Part shown: piece by piece, positions 43,856 through 56,975 of the stretch
How positions within the stretch are numbered: the stretch's first letter is position 1
How the letters are laid out: each line of letters begins with the position of its first letter
DNA from: the human T2T-CHM13v2.0 reference genome, Homo sapiens
Direction: 5' to 3' (one strand)
NCBI RefSeq assembly: GCF_009914755.1
Contig: NC_060926.1
DNA length: 64,000 bases
The notes under the pieces: generated by a model
Seen by the model: the letters and a program-made list of their open reading frames with translations, nothing else
The model's database searches: none
What the model was told of the DNA's origin: nothing
Made by a program: the position numbers and the translations under genes

Positions 43856-45139
43856 CTCTTTCTTAATTCAAGTGAAAATCAAAGACCAGCCAACACAGAG
43901 AAAGAGACCGGTGGACAGCACACAGCTCCATTGACACAGATACCAGCATGAGAATATTTCAACTAAACCCTTTCCCCACCTTGTCCAAGTTTCCTCACCT
44001 TTTAAACAGATGTGAATTTGGTTTTAATAAAGTGAATTGAATGTGAAATTTTTCCAGGTGAAGTCAAAGCTTTGAACTCATGTTGGGTTCCATTTTTGTG
44101 AAGCCAATAGTTATTGTTGATGGTAGTAGTTATGTTTGGTTTTTCTGTTGTTTTCTTTGCTTTTTTGGAAAGCGAGGAGAAATATTTTTGGTGCTTCATT
44201 TTTGTTTTTTAGCTTGTGGTTTTGTAATGAAATAAAAAAGAAATGGCACAGTCAGAAGAGAGAAGTGTCAAAGAAAACCTCAGCATATGTGTGGATGAAG
44301 GAGGCAAATGAAAAGGAAATGTTAATTATGTGTCTGTGACATGCCTGGATTATAGGGCAGCATGTCTTCCATGAAGCCCCTCTCAGATCTCTTCCTAGTG
44401 TGGCTGCTGAGAGGATTGCGGGAGGAAGCATGAATAAATCCCTGGCACGTGGTGGGCTCCACAAATGCCAGACCACCCTAGATCTGGTCCTGGCAAATAA
44501 CTCCAGAATTCAAATTCTAAGGCTTTCCTTGATTGGGCAGGATTTTTGCACCTGTAATGTTTCACAGAGTGGAGAGTAATGCATTTGATAATGGCAAGGT
44601 GTCCCCTGAAGGGGGATAAATTGTGCAAATTGGCTTCTCTAAAGAGTAGGCCCCTTGATGCTGCCCTTCAGGCTGACAGAGACACAGGCACTGCCACCTT
44701 TACCCTGAGGGGTGTCATGAACAAGGCAGACACAACTTTGGAGATGTGTGCACATGAAACACACATATCTCTGTATGTGTATGTGTATGTGTGTGTGTGT
44801 AGTCTCTCTCTCTCGCTATGTGTAATAAACTGACTTTATATTAATGCTGTCAGTATTTTATATATTATATTAATATATATTGTCAGTTTATTTTGATAAA
44901 GGAAAAGAAAGTGAGAGAGAACTCCAAATCCAAACACAACCAGGAATAGAAATCCAGAGTGAACACAGACAACATGAATGGCTTTTGGGTGTGCCCTTTT
45001 CATCCCTTTGTAGTCATTGTGGTTACCTCCCAAATGTAGCTCTCCTCTCTTTAAAATCGCCCTATTTAGATGCACGTCCACATCTCTCCCTGTGTTTTCT
45101 TCAAAATAATCTTCACTCAGCTCTAAGGCAGAGCACATC

Positions 45140-45621
45140 ATTTGTTAGCAGATCTCATAGGATGTGTGTGTAGGTGTGTATATAGAAAGAGATTTATTAT
45201 AAGGAATTGGCTCACATGATTACAGAGGCTGATAAATCCCAAGATCTGCAGTCAGCAAGCTGGAAATTCAGAAAAGCTGATGGTGTAAATTTCAGTCCAA
45301 AATCCAGCAGGCTCCAGACTCAAGAAGAATCAATGTTTCTGTTAAAGTCCGAAGGCAAGAAGAGACAGATCTCCCAGCAGTCAGAAAGGAGGAGTTTCCT
45401 CTTACTCATGAAAGGGTTGGCATTTTTGTTCCATTCAGGACTTCAACAGATTGAGTACGGCCCATACACATAAGGAAGAGCAACTCACTTCACTCAGTTT
45501 ACCAGTCCAAATGTTAAACTTATCTAGAAACGCCTGCACAGACATGCCCAGAATAATGTTTGACCCAATGTCTAGGCACTCTGTGGTCCAGTCAAGTTGA
45601 CTCATAACATGAACCCTCACA
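45140..45621 (-). mobile_element. MLT2B-type LTR (3' LTR of the ERV-L relic)
   Basis: GATTTATTATAAGGAATTGGCTCACATGATTACAGAGGCTG...CCAGTCAAGTTGAC...CTCACA, contiguous with ERVL internal sequence. Confidence 0.85.
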
Positions 45622-45937
45622 AGTCCACATCCACATACATCTCCTTAAACCATACTTAACTGTAAAATAAAGACAATAACAAGGCCATGACTCTGCTGCA
45701 CATGATACAACTATCCTTTGTACAATATAAATGGTACTAACTCCTCCAGAAGAGAAGGTAAAGTCCTTCAGTGCTGTTAACTCTCCTCCTTGATATCCAT
45801 TGTTTAAATACCATGATATAAAATTAGCACTATTTAATACTATGATATAAAGTAAATAGATCTCACATTACATGATAAGAGGAGAGGAGAAACAAAGTTA
45901 TTTTTATATGTACATGTTTAAAGACACACAACACATG

Positions 45938-46530
45938 GTGATTCATCAAAGATCTAGAAAGAGAAACACCATTTGACTCAGCAATTTCATTACCGGGTAT
46001 ATACCCAAAGGAATATAAATCATTCTGTGATAAAGATACATACACACATGTGTTCATTGCCACACTATTCACAACAGCAAAGACATGAAATCAACCCAAA
46101 TGCCCACCAATGATAGACTGGATAAAGAAAAGGTGGTACATATACACCATGGAATACTATGCAGCCATAAAAAGAATGAGATCATGTCTTTTGTGGGAAC
46201 ATGGATGGAGATGGAGGCTATTACCCTTAGCAAACTAACACACGAACAGAAAACCAAATACCACATGTTCTCACTTATAAGTGGGAGCTGATGTTGAGAA
46301 CACATGGACACATGGGGGAACAACACATCCTGGGTCCTGTTTGAGGGGGTGGGGAGAAGGAGAGCATGAGGAAGACCAGCTAATGAATGCTGGGCTTAAT
46401 ACCTAGGTGATGGGATGATCCCTGCAGAAAACTACCATGGCACACCTATGTTACCTATGTAACAAACCTGCACATCCTGCACATGTACCCCTGAGTTTGA
46501 AATAAAAGTTGAAGAAAAAATATTTAAAAA
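45938..46530 (+). mobile_element. L1PA13-like 3'-end fragment
   Basis: ORF 46085 (IMSFVGTWMEMEAITLSKL) is typical L1PA 3'-end sequence; GCTGGGCTTAATACCTAGGTGATGGGATGATC; TSD ACACAC(A)ACACATG. Confidence 0.88.
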
Positions 46531-46624
46531 TAAACACACACACATGTTCATAACAAAATAAGGAGAAAATACCCATGCCAATTTCAGTCCTCATTTCTCT
46601 AATTGATCATATAGTTGTAGCTGG

Positions 46625-47189
46625 TGTTAAAATTTCAATAACACTTGTAAATCATGACATGAACAATTTTATTCAAGGCCATTGTAGTAGATATAGGGAC
46701 AACTATAATGGGATTTTGCAATAGAGGACAGAAATTGGGCTCAACCCTGAATACAGCATGGACAAGTGGGAATTTATAGCCAAAAATCAGGGTGGCAGTC
46801 AGTGGTTAGAAAATTACTAATAGAAAACTTCAGCGTAAGAGGGATTCTGGCTAAATAGACCTAACAGAATTCTTGCTTAAGACAGGCCAGGGTAATCTGA
46901 CATCACCCAGGGGATAGTGGAGGATGAGGAATCTGATCAGGTATCAAGAGTGATCAGAAACTATGATCGTGCCACTGCACTCCAGTCTGGATGACAGAAT
47001 AAGACCCCATCTGGACCAAAAAAAGAAAAGTGAGTGATCAGATATTGAGGATGATGGGGGTGATTCTTACTAAACTGACTTAGCAGGGTTCTTTGCTAAA
47101 ACTGGACTTTACGAGGAAGCACACAAATGAACCTAGGAGAAGGTTCAGGGACTTGAATAAAAATGGGATCAAGCCAAGAATCTCTGTCA
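46625..47189 (-). mobile_element. MER31-type ERV1 solo LTR
   Basis: TG...CA termini, 4-bp TSD CTGG (46621-46624, 47190-47193); minus start TGACAGAGATTCTTGGCTTG. Confidence 0.8.
46959..47031 (+). mobile_element. Very short 3' Alu fragment (AluJ-like)
   Basis: CTATGATCGTGCCACTGCACTCCAGTCTGG...A-tail; 11-bp TSD GAGTGATCAGA (46948-46958, 47032-47042). Confidence 0.85.
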
Positions 47190-47285
47190 CTGGTATTCAC
47201 GATTTACCTTCTTCCATTACTAATTCTGCATTTGCTTTGCTATTAGCAAGCAGTTCAGCTGGTCATAGTTCTTAATCTGGTGGGA

Positions 47286-47647
47286 TGTCTTAGTCAGTTT
47301 GGGCTGCTGTCACAGAATGCCACAGACTGGATGACTTAAACAATGAAAAAAATGTATTTCTAACCATTCTGGAGGCTGGAAGTTCAAGATCAAGGATCTA
47401 GAGGATCAGGTGAAGGCCCTCTTCCTGGTTTGCAGTCTATGTTCTCACTGTGACCCAAGTGGTGGAGAGCAGGCAGAGACGGCTAACACGCATGTGTCTT
47501 CTTAGAAGTGCACTCAACTTATTCATGAGGGCTCTGCTTTTATGACCTAATTACTTCTCAAAGGTCTCACCCCCTAGTATCATCACATTAGGGGTTAGGC
47601 TTTTGCCATATAAATTTTGAGGGGACACAAGCATTCAATCCATAACA
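47286..47647 (-). mobile_element. MLT1A0-like MaLR solo LTR
   Basis: TGTCTTAGTCAGTTTGGGCTGCTG...TTCTGGAGGCTGGAAGTTCAAGATCAAGG...CATTCAATCCATAACA. Confidence 0.85.
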
Positions 47648-48613
47648 AGAAGTAACCCAAACCTTTGTTCCTGAAGGATCTGGACCATTCATAGTCCTGT
47701 CTGGACTGGGTTATTTTAGTTTCTTATTGACTTTTATCATAGAATGTGGTAACAATAAGACACACCCTAAGGGGTCTCCTGTATTCCAGCACTTACCTTT
47801 ACCTCCACTGTGGAGTAGTAGTTCAATATCTCCTTAGTAGTCAGCGTCTATCACCCTGACCAGCACACTAACTCTCTTCTTCGTCTGTTAACTAAGTGGC
47901 ATAAGGAGTCCAAAGTGGCTGGGTAGCAGTCTTAACTTCCAGTTCAATGGAATAACTCTCTTGGTGGAAGCATTCCTACCTCTGGAACTAAGACCTCTAG
48001 GCCAGCAGAGCATAATAGGAAGGAAAAATTCTGCTGTAGGTCACTAGGGGTAATAGTGAGTGGTGCCACTCCTATTTCTATCCTTTAATTCCTAGACCCA
48101 TAAATCTTGGCCATGAGAGAAACAGTATCATATATTGAATGTATATTGAATACTTATTCAGAGTATTCACATCCTTATGGAAAACCCTGCCCAAGCCTTA
48201 CAAGATAACGTCGCCTAGCTGGCACTGTAACTGGGTCTTAAAAAGGCCATTCTACCTTTATATAAAACTAGCTGCAGGTGTGAAATATGGTAAGATCAGT
48301 GAATTCCATGGACATGGGTCCATTGCCACACTCTTTTTCTGTAAAGTGAGTTCTGTAATTAGAAACCATGCTGTGTGGAATACCATGACTATGGACCATT
48401 CAGGTAGCTGGCTGATCACCAGGGAATGGGACCACATTGGAGGCTTAGTGTTGGTCTTTGCTGCTGGCAGATTGGGCACTCAGGATAAAGCATTCTGTAA
48501 ATACATGAATGATAGTTTTGGCAGAAGCATTGTGTGTAAGGAAGGAAAATCTATATCCAAAGTAAATGTCTATTCCACTAAGAACAAAGCACTGCCCTTT
48601 CTGTGATGGAAGT

Positions 48614-50971
48614 TGTTTTAGTCCATTTGTACTGCTATAAAAGAATACCCAAGGCTAGGTAATTTATAAAGAAAAGGGGTTTATTTGGCTCGCAGTTCTG
48701 CAGATTGTACAAGAAGCATGGTGCCAGCATCTACTTCTGGTGAGGAGCTCAGAAGGTTTCTACTCATGGCAGAAGGCAAAGAGAAGCTCTGTGTGCAGGT
48801 CACATGAAGAGAGGGGAATCAAGAAATAAAGGGAGGAGGTGCCAGTCTCTTTTTAACAATTAGCTTTTGCAGGAACTAATAGAGTGAAAAATCACTCATT
48901 TAGGATGGCACCAAGCCATTTATGAGGGATCTGCCCTAATGACCCAAACACATTAAATTTCAACATGAGATTTGGAGAGGCCAACCAAACCAAACTACAG
49001 CATTCCACCTTTGGCTCCCCAAATCTCTTGTCCTTCTCACATGGAAAATACAATCATCCCTTTCCAGTAGTCCCCAAAAGTCTTACCTTGTTCCAGCATC
49101 AATTCACAAATACAAAATTGAAAGTCTTATCTGGGACTCAAAGCAAGTTTTTTCCAGCTATAAGCCTGTAAATCAAAAATAAGTTACGTACTTCCAAGTT
49201 GCAATTGTTGTACAAGCATTTGGTAAACATTTCTATTCCAAAAGTGTGAAATCGACGAAAAGAAAGGGGTAATAGGCCCCATGCAAGTCTGAAATCAGCA
49301 GAGCAAGCATTAAACCTTAATGTTTCAAAAAAATTCTTGACTTCATGTTCTCATCCTAGGCACACTGGTGTGAAAAGTGGGCTCTCAAGGCACTGAGCAG
49401 CCTCATCCCCATGGTTTTGCTAAGCATGGCCCACATGGCTGTTCTCATGGTTTGAAGTCTAGTGCCTACAGCTTTTTCAGTCGGTGGTTGCATATGGCTG
49501 ATGGCTCCACAATTCTGGGGTTAGGAGGGCAGCAGCCCTGCTCTCACAGCTCCACTGGGCACTGCCCTAGTATAAGTTTTCTGTAGTGGCTCCAACCCTG
49601 CAGAGGCTTCTGCCTGGGAATCCAAGCTTTCCAACACATTTTCTTAAATCTAGGTGGAAGCTGCTGAGCCTCCCCATCTCTTTCATTCTGGGTTCCTGCA
49701 GACTTGGCACCACATGGCAGCTGCCAAGGCTTAATGCTGTGCTCTCTGGAGCAGCAACCCAAGCAGTACCTGAGGCCCTTTGAACCATCTTAAACCAGAG
49801 TGGCCAGGGTGTGAGCAGCAGCCTCCTGAGGTGGGCATAGGGAAGAAGTGCTCCATGTGGGTTCCCAAAACCATTGCATTCTCCTCAGCCTCTGGGCCTG
49901 TGATGAGAGCAATAGTTTTGAAAATTTCTGAATTGCCTTCAGGGCCATTTTCCCATTGTCTTGACTATTAGCACCTGTCTCCCTTTAATCCCTGCTAACT
50001 TCTCCAGCAAGTAAGTGTTTCCCAGCACCCTTGGATTACTGAAAATGATCTTTCCTTTTCTAGCACATGGCCAGGCTGTGAATTTTCCAAATTTTTACAC
50101 TCTGCCTCCCTTTTACTTGTTAATTCCAGCTTTAGGTCATTCTTTTGCTGCCATATCTGGTTGTAAACTGTTAAAAGCAGCTATGATGCTAAGAAATTTC
50201 TTTTGCCAGATACCTGAGGTCTTCAGTCTTAAGTTTACCCTAGCACAAAGCCCTGAGGCATAAATACAATGCAGCCAACTTCTTTATTACACCATAGCAA
50301 GAGTGATCTTTCCTCATTTCCATCTGAGACCTGGTCAGCATGGCCTTAACTGTGTATATTTTTGTCAATATTTTGGTTACAACCGCTAAACCACCCTCTA
50401 AAAAGTTCCAAACTTTCTTTCATCTTCCTGTCTTCTTCTGAGCCCTCCAAACTCTTCCAACTTCTGTGCCTTAGCCAGTTCCAAAGCTGCTTCCACATTT
50501 CCAGGTATGTGTATAGCAACACCCCACTCCTCAGTGCCAATTTTCTGTCTTAGCGCATTTGTGTTGTTATAAAATAGTACCGGAGGCTAGGTAATATATA
50601 AAGAAAATAGATTTATTTGACTAGTCATTCTGTAGTCTTTATAAAAAGCATGGCACCAGCATTAGCTTCTGGTGAGGACCTCAGTCCGCTTCCACTTACA
50701 GTAGAAGGCAAAATGGAGCTGGTATGTGTAAAGATCATATGGTGAGAGAGGAAGCAACAGAGACTGGGGAGGTGCCAGGCTCTTTTTAACAACCAGCTCT
50801 CCCGGAAACTAACATAGCGAGAACTCACTCACTACCACGAGGATGGCATGAAGCCATTCATGAGGGATTCACCCCCGTGACTCAAGCACCTTCCATTAAG
50901 CCCCGTCTCCAACACGGGGGATCAAATTTCAACGTGAGGTTTGGAGGGGTCAAACAACCCAAATCATAGCA
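48614..50971 (-). mobile_element. MSTB MaLR element with both LTRs (48614-49002, 50546-50971) and MST internal region
   Basis: Two homologous LTRs (AAGCATGG..CCAGCAT..GCTTCTGGTGAGGA); MaLR internal between; 5-bp TSD GAAGT/GAAGC. Confidence 0.9.
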
Positions 50972-51224
50972 GAAGCAGACCAAAGTAATCAACCTGTCTC
51001 CAGGTGCTGGCTGATTACCAGGGAATGGGGCCACATTGGAGGCTTAGTATTGGTCTTTGCGCTGGCAGATGGCACACTCAGCAATGTCCACAGCCAGTTC
51101 AGCCATGGTGAGTGGAAGTCCATATTGCTGAGCTCATGCATAACCTCCATCCCTGCCACCGTGGCCACTTGGTTCATGAACCCATTAGGCAATGATGGCC
51201 AATGGAACTGGAAAAAAAATGCTA

Positions 51225-51509
51225 CCTAGTGGGTTCTGAGGAAAATAGCTCCTCTTTCTTGAGAGAGTTTTCAGAGGAGGACTTTTCCTTTCTTGATGTG
51301 GACCTGGAAACCTGCAGGTCTAGGAGCTTGCAACCACAAGGGGGAGCCAGGTACAGGCAAAGCAGAAAGACACCTAGCCCTCCTCACTTTACTGAGCTGC
51401 TGAATGTCCAACCCTGGGCCTAGAACTCCATGGGCACTTCGTATGAACCAATTACCACTTAAGCTAGCTGAGTTGGTTTGCAAACATACTAGCATCCTAC
51501 TTAACGCAA
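51225..51509 (+). mobile_element. Old MaLR LTR fragment (MLT1J/K-like)
   Basis: TGAGCTGCTGAAT...TTAAGCTAGCTGAGTTGGTTTG...AGCATCCTA 3' end. Confidence 0.5.
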
Positions 51510-51727
51510 CTGCACGTGTCCTGTCCTCACCAAACTATTAGCTCTACATCATTTGTTCATTTATTTATCCATGCATTCATTCAACAAATAGATGACCTAC
51601 TTTGCATCAGCTACTTAGTAAGCACTTGGAGTAGAGTCCTCAGTATTACATGGAATACATGAGCCTTCTCTTTATGCTCGGAATGTAGAAATAAGTACAA
51701 AGAATTTTTATTAAAATAAAAAAGGAT

Positions 51728-52028
51728 GGGCTGTGCGTGGTGGTTCATGCCTGTAATCCAAACACTTTGGGAAGTTGAGGTGGGTGGTTTGCTAGAGCCC
51801 AGGAGTTCGAGATCATGCCCGGCAACATGGCAAAACCTCATCTTTACAAAAAAAATACAAAAATTAGCCAGGCATGGTGGTACACACTTGTAACTCCAGC
51901 TACTCATGAAGCTGAAGTGGGAGGATTGCTTGGGCCTGGGGAGGTCGAAGCTGCAGTGAGCCATGATCACAACACTGCACTCCAGCCTGGGCAACAGGCT
52001 GTCTCAAATTTTTTTAAATAAGTAAATA
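51728..52028 (+). mobile_element. AluJ SINE
   Basis: GGAGGATTGCTTGGGCC...GCTGCAGTGAGCCATGATC; TSD ~AAATAA(A/T)AAGGATG. Confidence 0.9.
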
Positions 52029-52141
52029 AATAAGGATGTGGAATAGTAAGACAGGTGCCATTATTAAGGTGGTATAAGATACAGAATGAAACAAGGAGAG
52101 CATTAATCAACTCTACCTTAACTGGAGAAAAGAATAGTCTT

Positions 52142-53028
52142 ATTTTTTCCATCAACTTTTATTTTCAGTTCCAGAGTACATGTACAGGATGTGAAGGTTT
52201 GTTATATAGGTAAATGTGTGCCATGGTGATTTGTTGCAGAGATCAACCCATCGCCTAGCTATTAAGCCCAGCATCCATTAGTTATTATTCCTGATGCTCT
52301 CCCTCCCCCATCTCCCACAATAGGCCCTAAGGTGTGTTGTCCCCACCATGTGTCCATGTGTTGTCATTGTACAGCTCCTCCTTATATGTGAGAATACGCA
52401 GTGTTTGGTTTTCTGTTCCTGCATTAATTTGCTGAGGATAATAGCCTCCATCCGTGTCCCTGCAAAGGACATGATCTCATTTCTTTTTATGGCTGCATAG
52501 TATTCCATGGTGTATATGTACCATATTTTCTTTATCCAATCTATCACTGATGGGCATTTGGGTTGATCCCATGTCTTTGCTATTGTCAATGGTGCTGCAA
52601 TGGACATAAGTGTGCATGTATCTTTATAATGAATGATTTCTATTCCTTTGGGTATATACCCGGTAATGGGATTGCTGGGTCAAATGGTATTTCCACTTCT
52701 ACATCTTTGAGGAATCGCCACACTGTCTTCCACAATGGTTGAACTAATTTACATTCCTACCAACAGTGTAAAAGTGTTCCTTTTTCTTTGCAACATCACC
52801 AGCATCCGTTGCTTCTCTACTTTTTAATAATCACCATTCTGACTGCTGTGAGGCGATATCTCATTGTGATTTTGATATGCATTTCTCTAATGATCAGTGA
52901 TGGTGAACTTTTTTTCACATGTTTGTTGACTGCATGAGTAGCTTCTTTTGAGAAGTGTCTGTTTATGTCCTTTGCCCCACTTTTTAAATAGGGTTGTTTG
53001 TTTTTTTCTTGTAAATTTGTTTAAGTTC
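52142..53028 (-). mobile_element. L1PA11-13-like 3' fragment
   Basis: ORF 52278 (PKCPSVIDWIKKIWYIYTMEYYAAIK) = ORF2 C-terminus; ATTAAGCCCAGCATCCATTAG 3'UTR. Confidence 0.9.
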
Positions 53029-54479
53029 AAGAAAGAAATTGCCTTAAAAGCCTCCACAGAAAATATCTTTTACAACAAGGAGACATTCTTTTCAGGCAGA
53101 AAGGTGGTCAAGGATACCTCAGGCAGAAAAATAAGCATGTTCAAGACTCAGAGGTATGAAATAGCAGGAAACAGCGCAAGGGATTAGATTAGTATGATTA
53201 GAATGTGTGGATATGAAAAAAAGCAACGTTGGGAGACAAAGCTGAATAACTAAGGAGGTAAGGATATGGAGGGCTTTGCATGCCACCATTAGGGAGACCC
53301 TGCAGGGTTTTAAGCAGTAATTTTCCATTTGGAAGCTGCTCACAGAGTCACCTTACCCCCAGAAAGCCTTCTATAATATTTTTCAATGAGCCCTGAAACG
53401 TACTCTATCAAATTTGGTAGCCTGCAATTCTCTGGCATAATACCAGAGTCCAACACCCAGAAAGGTCCAGATCTGGTGTACTGGTGACTCAGTTCGCTCT
53501 CTGGAGTAAGTAGGTAGTGTATTAAGCCTGGTCAATCAAAATTGAGGATCCTTGGTGACTTCAAATTTATCCAATGGCATTTGCCCTTGAAATAAATTAA
53601 GGAGACTGCTTTGATTTACTATCATAGTGAGGGTTCTTTGTGATGTAATTACAAGGAAACATGGGCAAGAAGGAAGTATTTGTTTTATTTGATGTGTTAA
53701 GTTTTACATTCACTTTATATGAACATAGCATCACCCTCCCTAGAGTTTGGCATTTGGATAACTTGTTAAATAATTAAAAGATTTTTGTTATTTCCTTTGA
53801 CAGCTTCTTGATTATTTTTCTCAGGCCTGGAGGAAAGGTTAGCAAGCACCATAAAAATGTGTGCGCCCTCCATTGCAGCCAGACTGGTCTGCAAAATGCT
53901 CCCTGGATCCTCAACTTCCATTCCTGTTCCAGTGCCTTTGCTTAAGCTGTTCCCCCAAGAGTAATGCTCTTTTATCTGTATGTCCCTATGCTTTTGTTTA
54001 TCAAAGTTCAAGTCCTCTTTCATGAGATCAGGTTGGAAAAAAGCCCTGGGATGGCAGTGGGAAGACCTAGTTGTGAGAAGTTTGCAGAGTCTGCACCTGA
54101 AGATAGCTGAGCCTCAGTTTCTTTAATTGTAAAATGTGCTATTACAATAGTGCAATTCAAGACACAAGTGTTGAGAAATTAATAGAGATAATTAAGATAG
54201 TGTCACTTTTGTGAGAAATTTACAGACTGAATGGGGAAAGACATACAGACTCTCACACACACGTAAGTAATTATAGCAGGTAAATATTATTGCACAATAT
54301 GGGAAATTATGTCAGTAATTTCCAAAACTGCACCAAACTAATACTCTATAATTTTTTGCTCTCATAGTTTATTCAGCATTTTATACTTAATTCGTCATAC
54401 TGTTTATATGAGTTTAACTTCCTTTTCAAACTCAATTAAAGTATAAATACGTATTTAAAGAAACATTTGCAATATGCTT

Positions 54480-54660
54480 TAGAGTTGACAGAGATGTCAT
54501 TGGTAATAGCTAATTAAGTTATCACATTAAATCAGTGACTAAGTTATTGTTCTTCTTTTACAGAATAAGGAACTCTGAGGTGAGAGCACCTGTCCAATAT
54601 CAGAGAGGTAAGTTGCGGAGCCACAGTGTAAGCCTTACTAGTTTTCTTTCTGTGCCACGA
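54480..54660 (-). mobile_element. MIR fragment
   Basis: TTTTACAGAATAAGGAACTCTGAGGTGAGAG core. Confidence 0.6.
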
Positions 54661-55035
54661 TGCTTGGTCTGCATGCCCTTAAGTCAGGGTTCAGATGTTA
54701 AGCCACTGTCCTTTTCCCTACCTATCCTACACCCAAATCAACTCTCTGCTCTATACTACTTTAATCCTAAAATATCCTTCTTCTTCCAACTTGCTTGTCT
54801 CTTTAGAACAGACACCCCTCTCTCTCTGCCTATAATCCTCATCACACACTGAACTACTCACCTCATCCCTCCCATCCACATCCAGACTTTTCTCCCTTGA
54901 CTCTTTCTTCTCAGTGGCTCTCCCCCTCTGCTCACTGAAAAATGTTAAAATGCCGATTCATTCAAAGCCAACATTATGAAGTGGCTGCTCTATACCAAGC
55001 CTTGAGTTGGACGTAGGGGTTACAATGATGAATGA

Positions 55036-55330
55036 GGCCAGTCATGGTGGCCTTTAATCCCAGCACTTTAGGAAGCCAAGGTAGGCAGATCACTTGAGCC
55101 TAGAGTTCAAAACTAGCTTGGCCAACATGGCCAAATCCCATCTCTACAAAAAAAATTTACAAAATACTAAAATTACTCGGGCATGATGGCATGTGCCTGC
55201 AGCCCCAGCTCTTCAGGATGCTGAGATGTGAGAATCACTTGAGCCCAGGAGCTCAAGACTGCAGTGAGCCATGATACACCACTGCACTCCAGTCTTGGTG
55301 ACAGAGTAAGACCTTGTCTAAAAAAATAAA
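55036..55330 (+). mobile_element. AluJ SINE inserted in L2
   Basis: GAATCACTTGAGCCCAGGAG...ACTGCAGTGAGCCATGAT. Confidence 0.9.
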
Positions 55331-55694
55331 AGACGAATAAGACATAGGCTTTCTCCTCAGTGAGGTCATAATCTAGCCTTGGGAGTCAGACAAGGCCATA
55401 AAACTACTTCTCTGCAAGAAATTCTTGCTCTTACTAAATTTTGGGTGGAGATCAAGAGAAGATTGTGATTTTAAAAATGTGGAACCATGAAAATCCTGGC
55501 CAAATACCCAACCACACATTTAAAATTGATCAACTTGCCACTCCCCATAAATGTTTCAGTGATAATTTATCCCCAAACCCAACTGCAAGGTATTCTCTGT
55601 ACCCTAAGTTGCCTTCCCTACAATAATCAGCCTTTTCTTCAAATATCTTCGGCTAGAAATTCCATCTCATTCCTAAAAGTATTCTGCCTCCCTT

Positions 55695-55999
<305 letters not shown>

Positions 56000-56559
56000 T
56001 TTGCCTCCCTTTCAAGGCGATGTCTTCTCCTTATACCATCTACATTTTGCAAAGTGGGCAGGGTTTGTCCCACGTTCCCTGACATTCTTCTGGTTAGTCC
56101 CATGTGCTTTTGAAGAGGAAGGGCTCGATGCCCTAAACCAGAAAGAATACAGTGCTCCATTTCTAATTTAGTGTCTTGTCATCATAGCCCACCCCATCAA
56201 AGAAAAATTTTAGATGGGTTTGTTTCCTTTATAGTGTAATTTGTGATGTAACAACATCAAAGTACACACGGCAATTGTCCTTACAGACACCAGAATATAA
56301 TCCCATTTGGGAAAAAGAATAATTCTCTTATGAGTAGTACTGGCCTGTCCTTTGAAGAATAGTAAGCCCACCACCATTGTGATTTGATGCATTGAGTGGT
56401 TGGGCAGGTGTCCAACCAAAGTACTCATGGGCACAAGCTCAGATACCCCAGTACCAACTATTTTAATTAGAGGTTTTTTTCTGACCAAAGAAGACTAGTG
56501 AACAGTCAACCAACCAATTCACCCTACATACAAAAATTACAGTTATTCTAAGGGCTGAA

Positions 56560-56971
56560 AGTAAAAACACTGGGTACTACAAAAGCATATAATGGGTGGG
56601 AGGGCTGAACTAGTCTAGAGAACAGAAAGGAGATGTAAAAAAGGTTTTAAGCTGAAAACTATCAAAGATCAGGAATTAGCCTAGAAAAGGGAAAGGGGCT
56701 TTCAGAGGGCAAGCATTGTCAAAGGCTCTGGGGCAGGAAAGAACTGGGCACATTCAAGGAACTCATGGATGAAGAACTGGTGGGACTGGAGCAGGGTGAG
56801 CCATAGGGCAGTGATGAGCTCAGAGGCTGAGGCATTTGGCAGAAGCCACATCAGTGTAGGGCCTTAGAAGCCAAGCCATGTCAGATTTTGGCCTTGATCT
56901 TAAATAAATAAAAAGTGATTTAAGGATTTGGGTAAGGAGGTAAGGAGGAAATCGATTTATTTTCTAAAAAG
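56560..56971 (-). mobile_element. L2 fragment (continues after MER39)
   Basis: CAAAGGCTCTGGGGCAGGAAAGAACTGGGCACATTCAAGGAAC...GTAGGGCCTT. Confidence 0.6.
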
Positions 56972-56975
56972 ACAG

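Larger units (their letters stand above)
45622..51200 (-). mobile_element. ERV-L internal region (3' part: integrase, dUTPase, 3' untranslated), degenerate and interrupted four times
   Basis: Minus-strand translation ~47700-47955 IPLNWKLRLLPSHFGLLMPLS...WNTGDPLG (ERV-L dUTPase); ~51000-51190 WVHEPSGHGGRDGGYA...AECAICQ (integrase HHCC finger). Confidence 0.85.

Noticed and set aside
48139-48606. 155-aa + strand ORF
   Set aside because: Antisense frame of degenerate ERV-L integrase
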